Source: Candidatus Zixiibacteriota bacterium (GTDB lineage Bacteria > Zixibacteria > MSB-5A5 > GN15 > FEB-12). Taken from it: a stretch of DNA of 64,000 nucleotides. Where the stretch lies: the NCBI GenBank assembly GCA_029860345.1, contig JAOUBJ010000014.1, positions 53,731 through 117,730 on the forward strand, read 5' to 3'. Numbering within the stretch: position 1 is the first letter of the stretch; each line of letters starts with the position of its first letter. The notes beneath the pieces are model-generated. The model made no database searches and was not told the origin of the DNA. It was given only the letters and a program-made list of their open reading frames with translations. Positions 8,219-16,933 of this stretch are shown here, piece by piece. A program made the translations under genes and the position numbers.

Positions 8219-9604
8219 TTAGTCAATCACCGAAAACAGATTGGATAGTTGCCAGACGCCCAGTGTTTCCAACAGGACACCCAGCACCAGGGCGCCCAAC
8301 ACAACGGCCTTGCCGATATCCTGTCCTTTGAGCGATCCCAGCAGTTTGGGTTCTTTCGACAGATAAGCGGAGGCGGCAAAAAGCTCCTCGCCTATCAGAG
8401 TATAGTCACAGGCCGCGACAAAGAACGGCAACTGCGATGGCATGGCCGTACCGGCGATCTGAATGGCCCCGATGGAGTTGCCGGTCTCAGCCAGAATCAA
8501 TGACTCGGCGAAAAACTGGCCCATGAAAAACACGGTGGCCGGTTTCTCACGCACAAACATCCCGTCCACTCCGGCGGCGTAGCCGAACTGATCGTCGGTA
8601 AGGTAATGCACCTGATCGACGTTATATGCGTCCGGACGCCCGACTTTGGAGTAGGCTTCTTTGAGCACTTCGCGCGCCGTCACCATAACCATCGAACGAC
8701 AGACCGGCACGTCCAGGTAAGTCTCGTATTCAGCCGACAACTCGGCCACGCGACCGAGAATAGTAACACCGGCGATTGTCTGCATATTATCCATATCGCC
8801 GATACCAGGTACGTAGAAGATTTTCCGACCCATCTCAGTGGCACGGCCGACAGCTTCATCGACTGCCTCAAGACCGGCGATTTTGCGAATGAAGAGTTTC
8901 TTGCCGGACTTGGCCTGAAAGATGTAGAATATGATAAATGTGGTCAGGAGGAACATACCGACCAGTGTATTGATGCGCTGTTTGTGAAACCATTGTTGCG
9001 ATGAAGTAATCGGTCCGGCCGAGACCGACTCGGAAGTATACTCGTGCACGTCACCGGCTTCATCGTAAACGAGACTGACGGCGATAACCTTGTACATGTA
9101 CATCCTGCCATCGGTCGCGTTGCCGTCGTTGTGGGCGTAAAAAACTCTGCCCGCCGGAGAATCGCCAACCAGGCTGTCTTCACTGAATTGACCCGGTTGA
9201 CCGTCGATTTCATCGGCCCGCATTATGCGATACAGCCTGACATTGCCGCCATCGTGATCATCGGGCGAGCGCACCCAGGTTACGGTGATGGAGCCACCGG
9301 CATCGTTATCGGTGTCGGCGACAGTAATCTCTGTGGCCGGTGCCGGCTTGTTATCCGCGGCTGCGCTTTCGGCTGCGGCCATAGTAGAATCGATTTCGGT
9401 GGAATCAGGCTCGGCCTTCGCCATGGCAGCGACCGGGACCAGCCATAACATGAGTAACACCAGGGCGATACCTGGAATGTGAGGATAGTCGGTCTTATGC
9501 CGGCGAGGGTTCAAAACGTATCTTTCAAACTTCCGCTGTCTTGTCAGTAACCAGCTTACGCCGGCGCCGACCGTGGTGAAGTCATCAGTTGGGCTCTCTG
9601 TCAA
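8219..9604 (-). CDS. Module family M1 (Fn3-like ectodomain, TM, conserved C-region), cassette I; first gene of the minus-strand train
   Basis: Motifs are GRATEMGRK, FFAESLILAETG, IQIAGT and PFFVAACDYTLIGEELFAASAYL. The coordinates give the maximal ORF from TTG 9604. The true start is probably internal (TTG 9514, GTG 9460 or ATG 9451), just before the signal-like segment IALVLLMLWLVPVAAMA. Confidence 0.75.
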   Translation of the reverse strand: MTESPTDDFTTVGAGVSWLLTRQRKFERYVLNPRRHKTDYPHIPGIALVLLMLWLVPVAAMAKAEPDSTEIDSTMAAAESAAADNKPAPATEITVADTDNDAGGSITVTWVRSPDDHDGGNVRLYRIMRADEIDGQPGQFSEDSLVGDSPAGRVFYAHNDGNATDGRMYMYKVIAVSLVYDEAGDVHEYTSESVSAGPITSSQQWFHKQRINTLVGMFLLTTFIIFYIFQAKSGKKLFIRKIAGLEAVDEAVGRATEMGRKIFYVPGIGDMDNMQTIAGVTILGRVAELSAEYETYLDVPVCRSMVMVTAREVLKEAYSKVGRPDAYNVDQVHYLTDDQFGYAAGVDGMFVREKPATVFFMGQFFAESLILAETGNSIGAIQIAGTAMPSQLPFFVAACDYTLIGEELFAASAYLSKEPKLLGSLKGQDIGKAVVLGALVLGVLLETLGVWQLSNLFSVID

Positions 9605-9759
9605 ACATTCAGATCACCGCACGCCTCTATGTAGAGACGGGCCAGACTTCGTAGTTGTGCAAAACAACAGCAGCCAATCTATGATTGCCCTCAATTATAG
9701 TCAAGGAAAAAAGGTAGAGGGTGATTGGGGGCAAAACGGGTAGCGCCCTCACACTATCT

Positions 9760-10046
9760 GTGCCCGCGTGATCTTCAGATCGCGTGGGGTCGCAGTAGGG
9801 CGGGTCCGTCCTCGCCTGCGCGCCGCGGCGTGAACCCGCCAGTTGCCCCATGGAGTCATTCTGGCGAAGGCCAGAATCCAGTCTTCTCTTCGTAGGTCGG
9901 AACCCCCTGTGGTTCCGACAACGCGCGAAGCGCGAAAAACCCCGCGTTGCGCGGGGTGTCACCCCGAGCGCAGTCGAAGGACAGGCAAGCCTGTTCTTGT
10001 GCGCTACGCGCGCCACCAATGTCATCCTGAGCGGAGTCGAAGGATG
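9760..10046. repeat. Mosaic of interspersed short repeat modules (REP/BIME-like)
   Basis: The region holds a hairpin module at 9760-9789 and a 46-bp module at 9795-9840. It also holds gtcattctggcgaaggccagaatccagtc at 9856-9884, a gcgcgaagcgcg module near 9925, and two tcgaagg modules at 9960-9985 and 10021-10046. Each recurs elsewhere in the window. Confidence 0.85.
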
Positions 10047-10051
10047 CCGCG

Positions 10052-12802
10052 CTACTCCCCCAACTCCTCCAACAACCTGCCAGCTTCGGTGTACGCGGCA
10101 TGGTAGGTATAATCGGGCGGCCCATCGCAATAGGCTAGTTTACGGGCTTTCTGTGCGTGTTCAAGCGCGGTCTTTTTGTCGCCTGAGTCGCGGGCGAGCT
10201 TGGCCAATTCCAGATGCGCATCCGCACCTTGCAAGACGTAACCACTCCGCTTGGTAATGAGCAGCGCTTCTTCCGCCAGCCGCTTTGCTTCCTTCGGATC
10301 GCCGGTGGCAGCACACAACCGCGCCAGATCAATCAGGATATCGGCCTCGTGATCCACCATGTTGATGCGGCGGCAACGTTCCAGCGCCTCGTGCAGGTGT
10401 CCTTCGGCCTCGTCAAGCTGCCCAACAACACGGTGTGCCGCGCCCAGCAGCCAGTGTGCCCGGACGTAGTCGCGCGCGTTAGGACGCCCTACCTGTATCT
10501 GCCATTCATCCGCTAGCTTAAGTGCTCGTTGCGCCGATTCAAGTGCAGACTGCGATGAGTAATTCACCGAGTCAGATTCTGAGCGAAGCCGCAGTAAGTC
10601 GCGCAGGGCACGGTAGGCACAGATCACACCTTGTGCCTGAAGGTGCTCATCTCGCTTCTTGATTACCTCGCTAGCTTTGAGAACATCAGAAGATTCTGAC
10701 CACTGACCCCGGATTGCCAGCACTCTCCCCAATTCGTAAAGCCCCGTCCCTTCTTTCCCCTCGTCCGTGATCTCCCGGCAGATATCGATGCCGCGGCGCA
10801 AACTGGTATCGGCGGCCTGCAGAGCGCCAAGTTCGCGGTGGCGGTGGGCCACGTTCACCAAGACGGTAGCGAGGTTTCCTTTGTCGTCCTGCCTCTCACA
10901 AATCGCTATGTCCTGCTGAAACAGCGATGCTGCGCGGCGCGGTTGGCCAGTGAGTCCGTAGGAGTTCGCTAACGCTCCCAGCACCCAGCCCTGAGCGCTG
11001 TCATCTGTCAGACACGGAGGCCTGTCATCGCCGTCAGGGAAAAGCGCACACAGCAGGTCAATCTCCAACTGATAGGCGCCGAACTGGAAATAGATTGGGT
11101 CAGCGAGGCGATCCCGATAAAGTGCGCGCGCCTCGTCAAACTGCCCGGCACGGACGGTGTGGTGATAGAGTTCGATCACCGGATTCAGTTCCTCCAGGGT
11201 CGTCACCTCGGACGGTGTGGGAACGGCGGCGAAGTAACTACGCAGCTTTGTGTGGGCATCGTTGCGTTCGAGTTTGCCCAACCGGTCGTAGGCATAGCGA
11301 CGAACGATGGGATGCAGGTCGAACTGTTTCTTCTCGGTGTCGTGGTGCAATAACCCTCGCGCAACCAGGTCTTGCAGATCGCTTTCGAGAGTTACGGTGG
11401 ATTCTCCGGCCTCCACCGCCACGGCCTCTAATGTCTCGAATGTGACTGGGCTGCGGAAACAGGCTATACGGCTGAGCAACGCTCTTCGCTCTAAGGTGAG
11501 GGAGTCGTAGGCTACTTCCAGCACGTGATGCTGGCGCGCGACCAGATCACCTGCCACGTCCAACTCCTTAGCGACAGCGATATCGCCGGGTTGCTGCAGA
11601 CTCTTCACCACCACGCCTGCGACCAAGCTCAGGCTGAGCGGATGGTAACCGTATGGTTCGCACACCTGCTCGATCTCGGCGCGCGCTCCACGTATGCCCC
11701 GAGCACGGAAGTACGCCACTGCATCATCAGGCTGCATCTGTAATAGTACCTCTTCGCAGCAGCCTTGCAGAAACTGACCGCCTGTGGTCTCCAGAATGCT
11801 GGGACAGAGCCGGGTGGTGAGCATGACTTTAGATCGAATATTTGGCAGAGTAGATACTCTCCGCAGGAAAGTCTCGGCCAGTGGCGAGATGCAGTCGGTG
11901 TCATTCTCTTTGGGCTTATCTCCGTCACCCTGATATGCCGCGTTGAGCCCGGCAAAGGCGCGCAGCTCCCGCTCGAAACCATCCAGCACCAACAGCGTGC
12001 CAGTTTTGTGGAGCTCGTCCACCAGCGCCTCGATGTCATTAGCGGTTGTAGTTGCTGACGTGACTTCCTCGCCGCTTATGTAACCCAAGGTTCTGGCAAT
12101 GAATCTATCGAACGAGGCCTCACTTTCATAGAAGCTCCACCAGACAACACGCGGCCAATCGGTGGGCTTCACATCGTTCATCAGCCAATGCCAGACCAGC
12201 GCGCTCTTGCCAAAGCCACCCAGCGCCCGAAGACTGAGCAAAGGATGCGCCTCGTCAGCGTTCAGCCATTCGGACAGCATTCTGCGTTCGCTGATACGTC
12301 CGGTGAAGTTGGGCGGCATCGGATACGTATGTGCGAAGCACCAATTGTCGCGCTTCGGTGCTTTCGGTTTCGGCGGCTCCGGCGGCCTGCCCAACGCAGT
12401 CAGTAGCTGCCGCCAGGCGAGGTCAAGGTCGGCACCATCAGTAAAGTCGATGTGGTTGTACACGTCGATGTCGAGCGGTTTATCGGATTTCGTTTTGAGC
12501 AACGGGATCAGCCGGAGGTCGCGATTCGCCGGTCCGAGGGTCTGAACCATGACGGCCTCGAATTCGCACCACTCGCTCTCAATGTAATCAGGAGTGATTA
12601 CCACCAATGTCTTGCGGCTTTCAACCACACCTCGCTTGCACTCCTTGACGTTCAAAGCTCCGGGCTTGAAATCACGGTGGTCAATAAACGCTGTCAGTCC
12701 AGCACTCTCGATGCGCTCAAGCAACTCCCCGCGCACCCATTCCTGGTCCTTGCTGCTGTACGAAATGAAAACGTCGTACTTGTAATCAGTCTCTTCGACC
12801 AT
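10052..12802 (-). CDS. TIR-NB-ARC-TPR STAND NTPase (candidate anti-phage or immune sensor)
   Basis: The N-terminal TIR reads YDVFISYSSKDQEWV...ESEWCEFE. NB-ARC motifs are Walker A GGFGKSAL, Walker B LLVLDGFE, MLTTR and a GLPL-like GYHPLSLSL. The C-terminal half has TPR-like repeats. I chose ATG 12802 with an upstream GAGG; the track's GTG 12862 is the alternative. Confidence 0.85.
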   Translation of the reverse strand: MVEETDYKYDVFISYSSKDQEWVRGELLERIESAGLTAFIDHRDFKPGALNVKECKRGVVESRKTLVVITPDYIESEWCEFEAVMVQTLGPANRDLRLIPLLKTKSDKPLDIDVYNHIDFTDGADLDLAWRQLLTALGRPPEPPKPKAPKRDNWCFAHTYPMPPNFTGRISERRMLSEWLNADEAHPLLSLRALGGFGKSALVWHWLMNDVKPTDWPRVVWWSFYESEASFDRFIARTLGYISGEEVTSATTTANDIEALVDELHKTGTLLVLDGFERELRAFAGLNAAYQGDGDKPKENDTDCISPLAETFLRRVSTLPNIRSKVMLTTRLCPSILETTGGQFLQGCCEEVLLQMQPDDAVAYFRARGIRGARAEIEQVCEPYGYHPLSLSLVAGVVVKSLQQPGDIAVAKELDVAGDLVARQHHVLEVAYDSLTLERRALLSRIACFRSPVTFETLEAVAVEAGESTVTLESDLQDLVARGLLHHDTEKKQFDLHPIVRRYAYDRLGKLERNDAHTKLRSYFAAVPTPSEVTTLEELNPVIELYHHTVRAGQFDEARALYRDRLADPIYFQFGAYQLEIDLLCALFPDGDDRPPCLTDDSAQGWVLGALANSYGLTGQPRRAASLFQQDIAICERQDDKGNLATVLVNVAHRHRELGALQAADTSLRRGIDICREITDEGKEGTGLYELGRVLAIRGQWSESSDVLKASEVIKKRDEHLQAQGVICAYRALRDLLRLRSESDSVNYSSQSALESAQRALKLADEWQIQVGRPNARDYVRAHWLLGAAHRVVGQLDEAEGHLHEALERCRRINMVDHEADILIDLARLCAATGDPKEAKRLAEEALLITKRSGYVLQGADAHLELAKLARDSGDKKTALEHAQKARKLAYCDGPPDYTYHAAYTEAGRLLEELGE

Positions 12803-12946
12803 CAACCCTACCTCTGGCGGATGCCGTGATGAACTGTCGCGCAGCCGTTTGATCGCGAGCACTGTTTTCTCGGGCGGCTACGTCGTTGGGAAGAAGATAA
12901 TATCGTACACCTTTGGCTCAAAGCAAATTATGCGACATGCCTATAC

Positions 12947-13260
12947 TTCGACTGTGTTCATACCTCGACTCCGCTCGGTATGACTTGAAGTGCGCACAGA
13001 GAAGTAGGGCGGGTCCGTCTTCGCCTGCGCGCCGCGGCGTGAACCCGCCGAGAGCCACAGCTTGCCTGTGTTAGGTCCGCCAATAGTCCAGACCCAAAAA
13101 GAGCCGTCGCGCGAGGTCGCACAACGGCACCCACGCGAGCTGAAGATCACGCGGGCACGGTATTGTGTACAACGCATGCTTCGACTCCGCTCAATACGAG
13201 GTTGGGAAGTGTGCGCGAAGCGCGAGAGCCATTCATGGCCGCGGAGCCCAAAGAAGCGAT
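12947..13260. repeat. Mosaic of interspersed short repeat modules
   Basis: The region holds tcgactccgctc modules near 12965 and 13178. It also holds the 46-bp module at 13004-13049 (45/46 identical to 9795-9840), the hairpin module inverted at 13130-13158, and a gcgcgaagcgcg module near 13213. Confidence 0.85.
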
Positions 13261-13556
13261 TTATCGCCGCCAATTCTGCGCTGGTGCACGTTTCTGCGCG
13301 CGAAAATCAGCAGCTTCTGCGTTTTTTGATGTTCCATACGAGCGTTCACAGATGTGAACATCCAAGCAACTGACTGCCCGGCTATGCGTTAGTGAATTGG
13401 ATGCGTAGCTTGGCACACCGTTTGTTTATGTTATTGGCTCCGGGGTTAGTCGAACACTTAAATAGGCAAGCCCGCAAACCTGCCGATTTATGAGATCTTC
13501 AGGTAGTGATGATGGCGGTCGCACTACTTGAATGCCCCGGTTGGTGAGGAGAGAAA

Positions 13557-13588
13557 GGTCCCGACGAAAGTCGGGACCTTTTCGGTTT
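13557..13588 (+). terminator. Rho-independent terminator-like hairpin with no obvious upstream gene
   Basis: The stem ggtcccgac / gtcgggacc closes a gaaa loop and is followed by ttttcggttt. Confidence 0.6.
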
Positions 13589-13817
13589 GTGGACACATGC
13601 TGTTTTGCTGAGAAAACGATTGCGGATGGAGCGACCGGCTTGGATATTACATATTATGCAAGGTGGGGTGATAACACTTCTTCGATTCGTCACCGCTTCC
13701 CCATTTGTTGAAACCTGGTAAGGCTGAATTGTGGACGACAACCGGGTCCGTGAAGCATGAATACTGACGATTGTTGACTTAGGGTTATTAACAGAAAACT
13801 TCGGAAGGAGAATCTCG

Positions 13818-14531
13818 ATGGAATTACCGAATCTGAGGCGTGAAACCATATATGGAATGCCGGCAGCGGATCAGATAATGTTCAACAGGTATTATGTGCT
13901 GGGGTACTCCTATTATTTTCGCCAGGCCAAGTGGGCTTTGGAAATCGTAGACACGGCTAATACCGAAGTGGAACGATTGGATAACTTTCGTTCAGACTAT
14001 CGAATCCCGGAAATGTTTCGTGCTGATCGTGTGGACTATGAAGGCTCAGGCTATCATCGCGGTCATCTCGTTGCAAGCGCCAATCAGAGAGAAACTGATT
14101 TGCAGAACAGCGAGACATTCCTACTATCCAACATGTCACCACAGAAACCCAACTTCAATACCGGCATTTGGAAAGAACTGGAATCGGAGGTCAGGAGACT
14201 GGACAAGAAGTCTAAGATTCTTGAGACTTTTGTCATTTGCGGCCCCATCTTCTATTTCGATAAGCCCGTCAAGAGCATAGGTGCCGATGACTCAAATGAT
14301 GTGACCATACCGGTCCCAAACGCCTATTTTAAGTCAGTCTTAGCCGAGAACAAAAGCGGGACTCTTCACATGTGGTCATTTGTGTTTCCAAATGAAGGGA
14401 CCAACAAATCGTTAGATTCGTTCTTGAAACCGACGACCCTTGTGGAAAAGCTGGCGGGCATAAAGTTGTGGGAACGTTTGACGGGCAAGAAGATTGACAA
14501 AGAGAAATCCAAGGTTCGCAAGATGTGGTAG
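13818..14531 (+). CDS. DNA/RNA non-specific endonuclease (EndoG / NucA family, beta-beta-alpha-Me)
   Basis: SGYHRGHLVASANQ...FLLSNMSPQKPNFNTGIWKELE matches the EndoG pattern DRGH...SNxxPQ. The ATG is preceded by GGAAGGAG. No N-terminal signal peptide is visible. Confidence 0.8.
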   Translation: MELPNLRRETIYGMPAADQIMFNRYYVLGYSYYFRQAKWALEIVDTANTEVERLDNFRSDYRIPEMFRADRVDYEGSGYHRGHLVASANQRETDLQNSETFLLSNMSPQKPNFNTGIWKELESEVRRLDKKSKILETFVICGPIFYFDKPVKSIGADDSNDVTIPVPNAYFKSVLAENKSGTLHMWSFVFPNEGTNKSLDSFLKPTTLVEKLAGIKLWERLTGKKIDKEKSKVRKMW

Positions 14532-14659
14532 GACCTCCAGCTACCGCCAGACAACTCGCGGCACAGAGGAAGTTCAGACAAACAGGCAACACACTGGGTG
14601 TGACCTTCGGCCCATGAGTCCACCGCAGCCGAAGTGCGTTACCCTGCGACTGTTGCCGC

Positions 14660-16879
14660 TCAGAAACCCCGTTGTTCCAAAACCTGTCGCAGATTCACAG
14701 CCGGCTGGAATGCGGAATCTATCTTCAGGGCGCGGTCTAAGAACTGATAGACACTGTCTTTCGGTTCGCCCGCTTGATAATAGGCATATCCGATAGAATA
14801 CCAAGCCTGGTGCATGTCCGGATTGAGTTTCAGGGCCATCATCATTTTGGAGCAGCCTTCAGTGAACCGTCGTCGATTGATGTAGGACAAACCCCAATTG
14901 AAGTACTCCACCGATGACAGCTCCAGATAACGCTGGCCTTCTTTGTACAAACTGTCACTGATGCGATGGCCACCATGTCGGGAGTAGAAGGCTGCACCCT
15001 TATAATAGGCTCGGCCCAACTCTGGCGCCGTGACCATAGCCCTATGGTAAGCCTCGGCGGCTGAGTCCAGTTCGACCATTTCCTCGTGAACGTCGGCCAT
15101 GTTCAGCCAGACCTGAGCCAGCTCGGCCGGCATCGTGACAGAAGAGTCGTACTTGTCCAGCGCGATCCTTAACAGGTTGAGCGCTGAGTCGCTGAACCCT
15201 TCATCACTTACCAACAAGCCGAGATTGTTGTAGAGTGGCGCATGATCCGGATTGAGCCGCAACCCGCGGTGGAAATTCGCCCTCGCCTCATCGACCATAC
15301 CCAACCGGTATTGCACAAATCCCAGATTGTTGATCAAAGTAGGCGAATACGGATAGCTCTGATCGGCCAGCCGGTACTCTTTCTCTGCATTGACATAGTC
15401 TTTGACTGCTTCGTGCTGAATGCCCGAGTTGAAATGGACTTGAAAAAGACTACCGGTGGACAACTCGTAATAAGTGCGATTCACGAAAAACGCAGCCAGG
15501 CCAATCAGCAGCATCGCCGCCCACTCCTTTTTCCGAAGCGGTTTTGATCGTTTAATCAGGGACACCACACCGGCCGCAGCGAGTATGATCAGAAACGGCA
15601 CCAGCGGTAGACGGTGACGAGCGGTGACCAAGAACAATACAATCGACGGTATGTAGGCTAACAAAAACAGATATACGGGCGCCAGATTACGCCACTTTGC
15701 TCGATGCACATATACACCTACCATGGCCAGCGGCAATAGTAATCCAAACGGAAAATACAACCAGTTGTCGATCTTGAAAAGCAATACCGACAACAGATGC
15801 GACTTGGTGCGCTGGTAATAGATGTCCAAATTGTCGGAGTTTTCAAGACCGCAGACTAAGTAAACCGATTTTCTCCATACGAGATCGAGGAACCTGGCTG
15901 GATTGTTCGCGATGAAACTAAGCGCCTTGGCTGTCCAGAACGAGGATTGCTCGGCCTCAGACAGTTCGCGTCCGGCTTCGCGCTGGGCTGCTGCTTTCGT
16001 TACTATGCCGAACTCGCGCCAACTTACCGACTCGTTTAAGTCAACCTCCGGCATGATCATGGTGAGACCGTCGGCTACCTGGTTGTTGCCAAGATGGAGG
16101 TTAATCCCACCCTGCGACGAGATTAGTATGGGATCTCCGGTCACTATCAGGTTACGCACGGTGACAGGTAACACCGCTATCAGCACGCCGATCAGCATGA
16201 CCAGAGGTCGCTTCAACCGAGCCGTTGCAGCTGTCTCAGACTGTCGAACAAAGTACAGCCAGCCCATTAGTACCGGCACCACCAGCAGGATATTTGGACG
16301 AGCCAGGGCGGCCACGCCAAACAAAAGTCCGGTCACCAGCCAGTTGCGCACGGACATCGCATGGCGAAACTCAACAACCCGGTACATGCCCCAGGTGATC
16401 AAGAACAGAAAGAGCGCCGGTATGAGGAACATCGTCTCATAGAAGAGCAATGGCCCGTACAGGGCATAGGCAATCCCGGCAACTATCCCGGTGATGCGGT
16501 TGAACAACCTGCTTGCGATCAGGCAGACAAAGACAGAGGTTCCGGAGGCCAATATCGATTGCAGCAGCTTACTGAAGAATATCGAACCACCCGTAATGAA
16601 GTGCAAAAATGCCAACAAGTATGGATATAGCGGTGCTCGGAAGTAGGCCCCCTCGCCCCAAAACGATTTGCTGAGAATACCCTGAGCCCATTCCCAGTGC
16701 CACTTTTCATCGATCATCGGCGCTGTGAAACCGGGCTGCAAGCTGAGTTCGAACAGATAAACCAGCCGAGCCAAAAACGCCAGACCGGCGATAATCAACA
16801 ACCAGCGGTGCCGGACGAGAAAACTCTCAGGACCTTCCGGACTGTCCGGTTCGACACTGTAGTTTTTCAACGGGGTCAT
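14660..16879 (-). CDS. Polytopic glycosyltransferase (GT39/GT83, ArnT/PMT-like) fused to C-terminal TPR repeats
   Basis: The 739 aa ORF has an N-terminal half with about 10 or more hydrophobic helices typical of lipid-linked sugar transferases. The C-terminal roughly 250 aa carry TPR-like repeats (YNNLGLL, AxxxYxxAL patterns). Confidence 0.6.
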   Translation of the reverse strand: MTPLKNYSVEPDSPEGPESFLVRHRWLLIIAGLAFLARLVYLFELSLQPGFTAPMIDEKWHWEWAQGILSKSFWGEGAYFRAPLYPYLLAFLHFITGGSIFFSKLLQSILASGTSVFVCLIASRLFNRITGIVAGIAYALYGPLLFYETMFLIPALFLFLITWGMYRVVEFRHAMSVRNWLVTGLLFGVAALARPNILLVVPVLMGWLYFVRQSETAATARLKRPLVMLIGVLIAVLPVTVRNLIVTGDPILISSQGGINLHLGNNQVADGLTMIMPEVDLNESVSWREFGIVTKAAAQREAGRELSEAEQSSFWTAKALSFIANNPARFLDLVWRKSVYLVCGLENSDNLDIYYQRTKSHLLSVLLFKIDNWLYFPFGLLLPLAMVGVYVHRAKWRNLAPVYLFLLAYIPSIVLFLVTARHRLPLVPFLIILAAAGVVSLIKRSKPLRKKEWAAMLLIGLAAFFVNRTYYELSTGSLFQVHFNSGIQHEAVKDYVNAEKEYRLADQSYPYSPTLINNLGFVQYRLGMVDEARANFHRGLRLNPDHAPLYNNLGLLVSDEGFSDSALNLLRIALDKYDSSVTMPAELAQVWLNMADVHEEMVELDSAAEAYHRAMVTAPELGRAYYKGAAFYSRHGGHRISDSLYKEGQRYLELSSVEYFNWGLSYINRRRFTEGCSKMMMALKLNPDMHQAWYSIGYAYYQAGEPKDSVYQFLDRALKIDSAFQPAVNLRQVLEQRGF

Positions 16880-16933
16880 TTCTGTTATACTAACGAGTCA
16901 CAGTGTTCGTGGTCAAATGCTGCTCATATTTCT

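Noticed and set aside
9627-10257. Several 85-167 aa ORFs on both strands (9627..10130, 9843..10106, 9850..10257, 9856..10125)
   Set aside because: They lie entirely within the repeat mosaic and overlap one another in multiple frames. Their translations are the Arg/Pro/Ser-rich read-through typical of GC-rich repeats. The same applies to the ORFs at 12941-13373, 16913-17417, 23188-23618, 27483-28112, 28611-29245, 42015-42323 and 46709-47394.
13499-13849. 116 aa minus-strand ORF between the TIR and nuclease genes
   Set aside because: It overlaps the nuclease start and RBS, runs through the terminator hairpin, and has no start context or motif.
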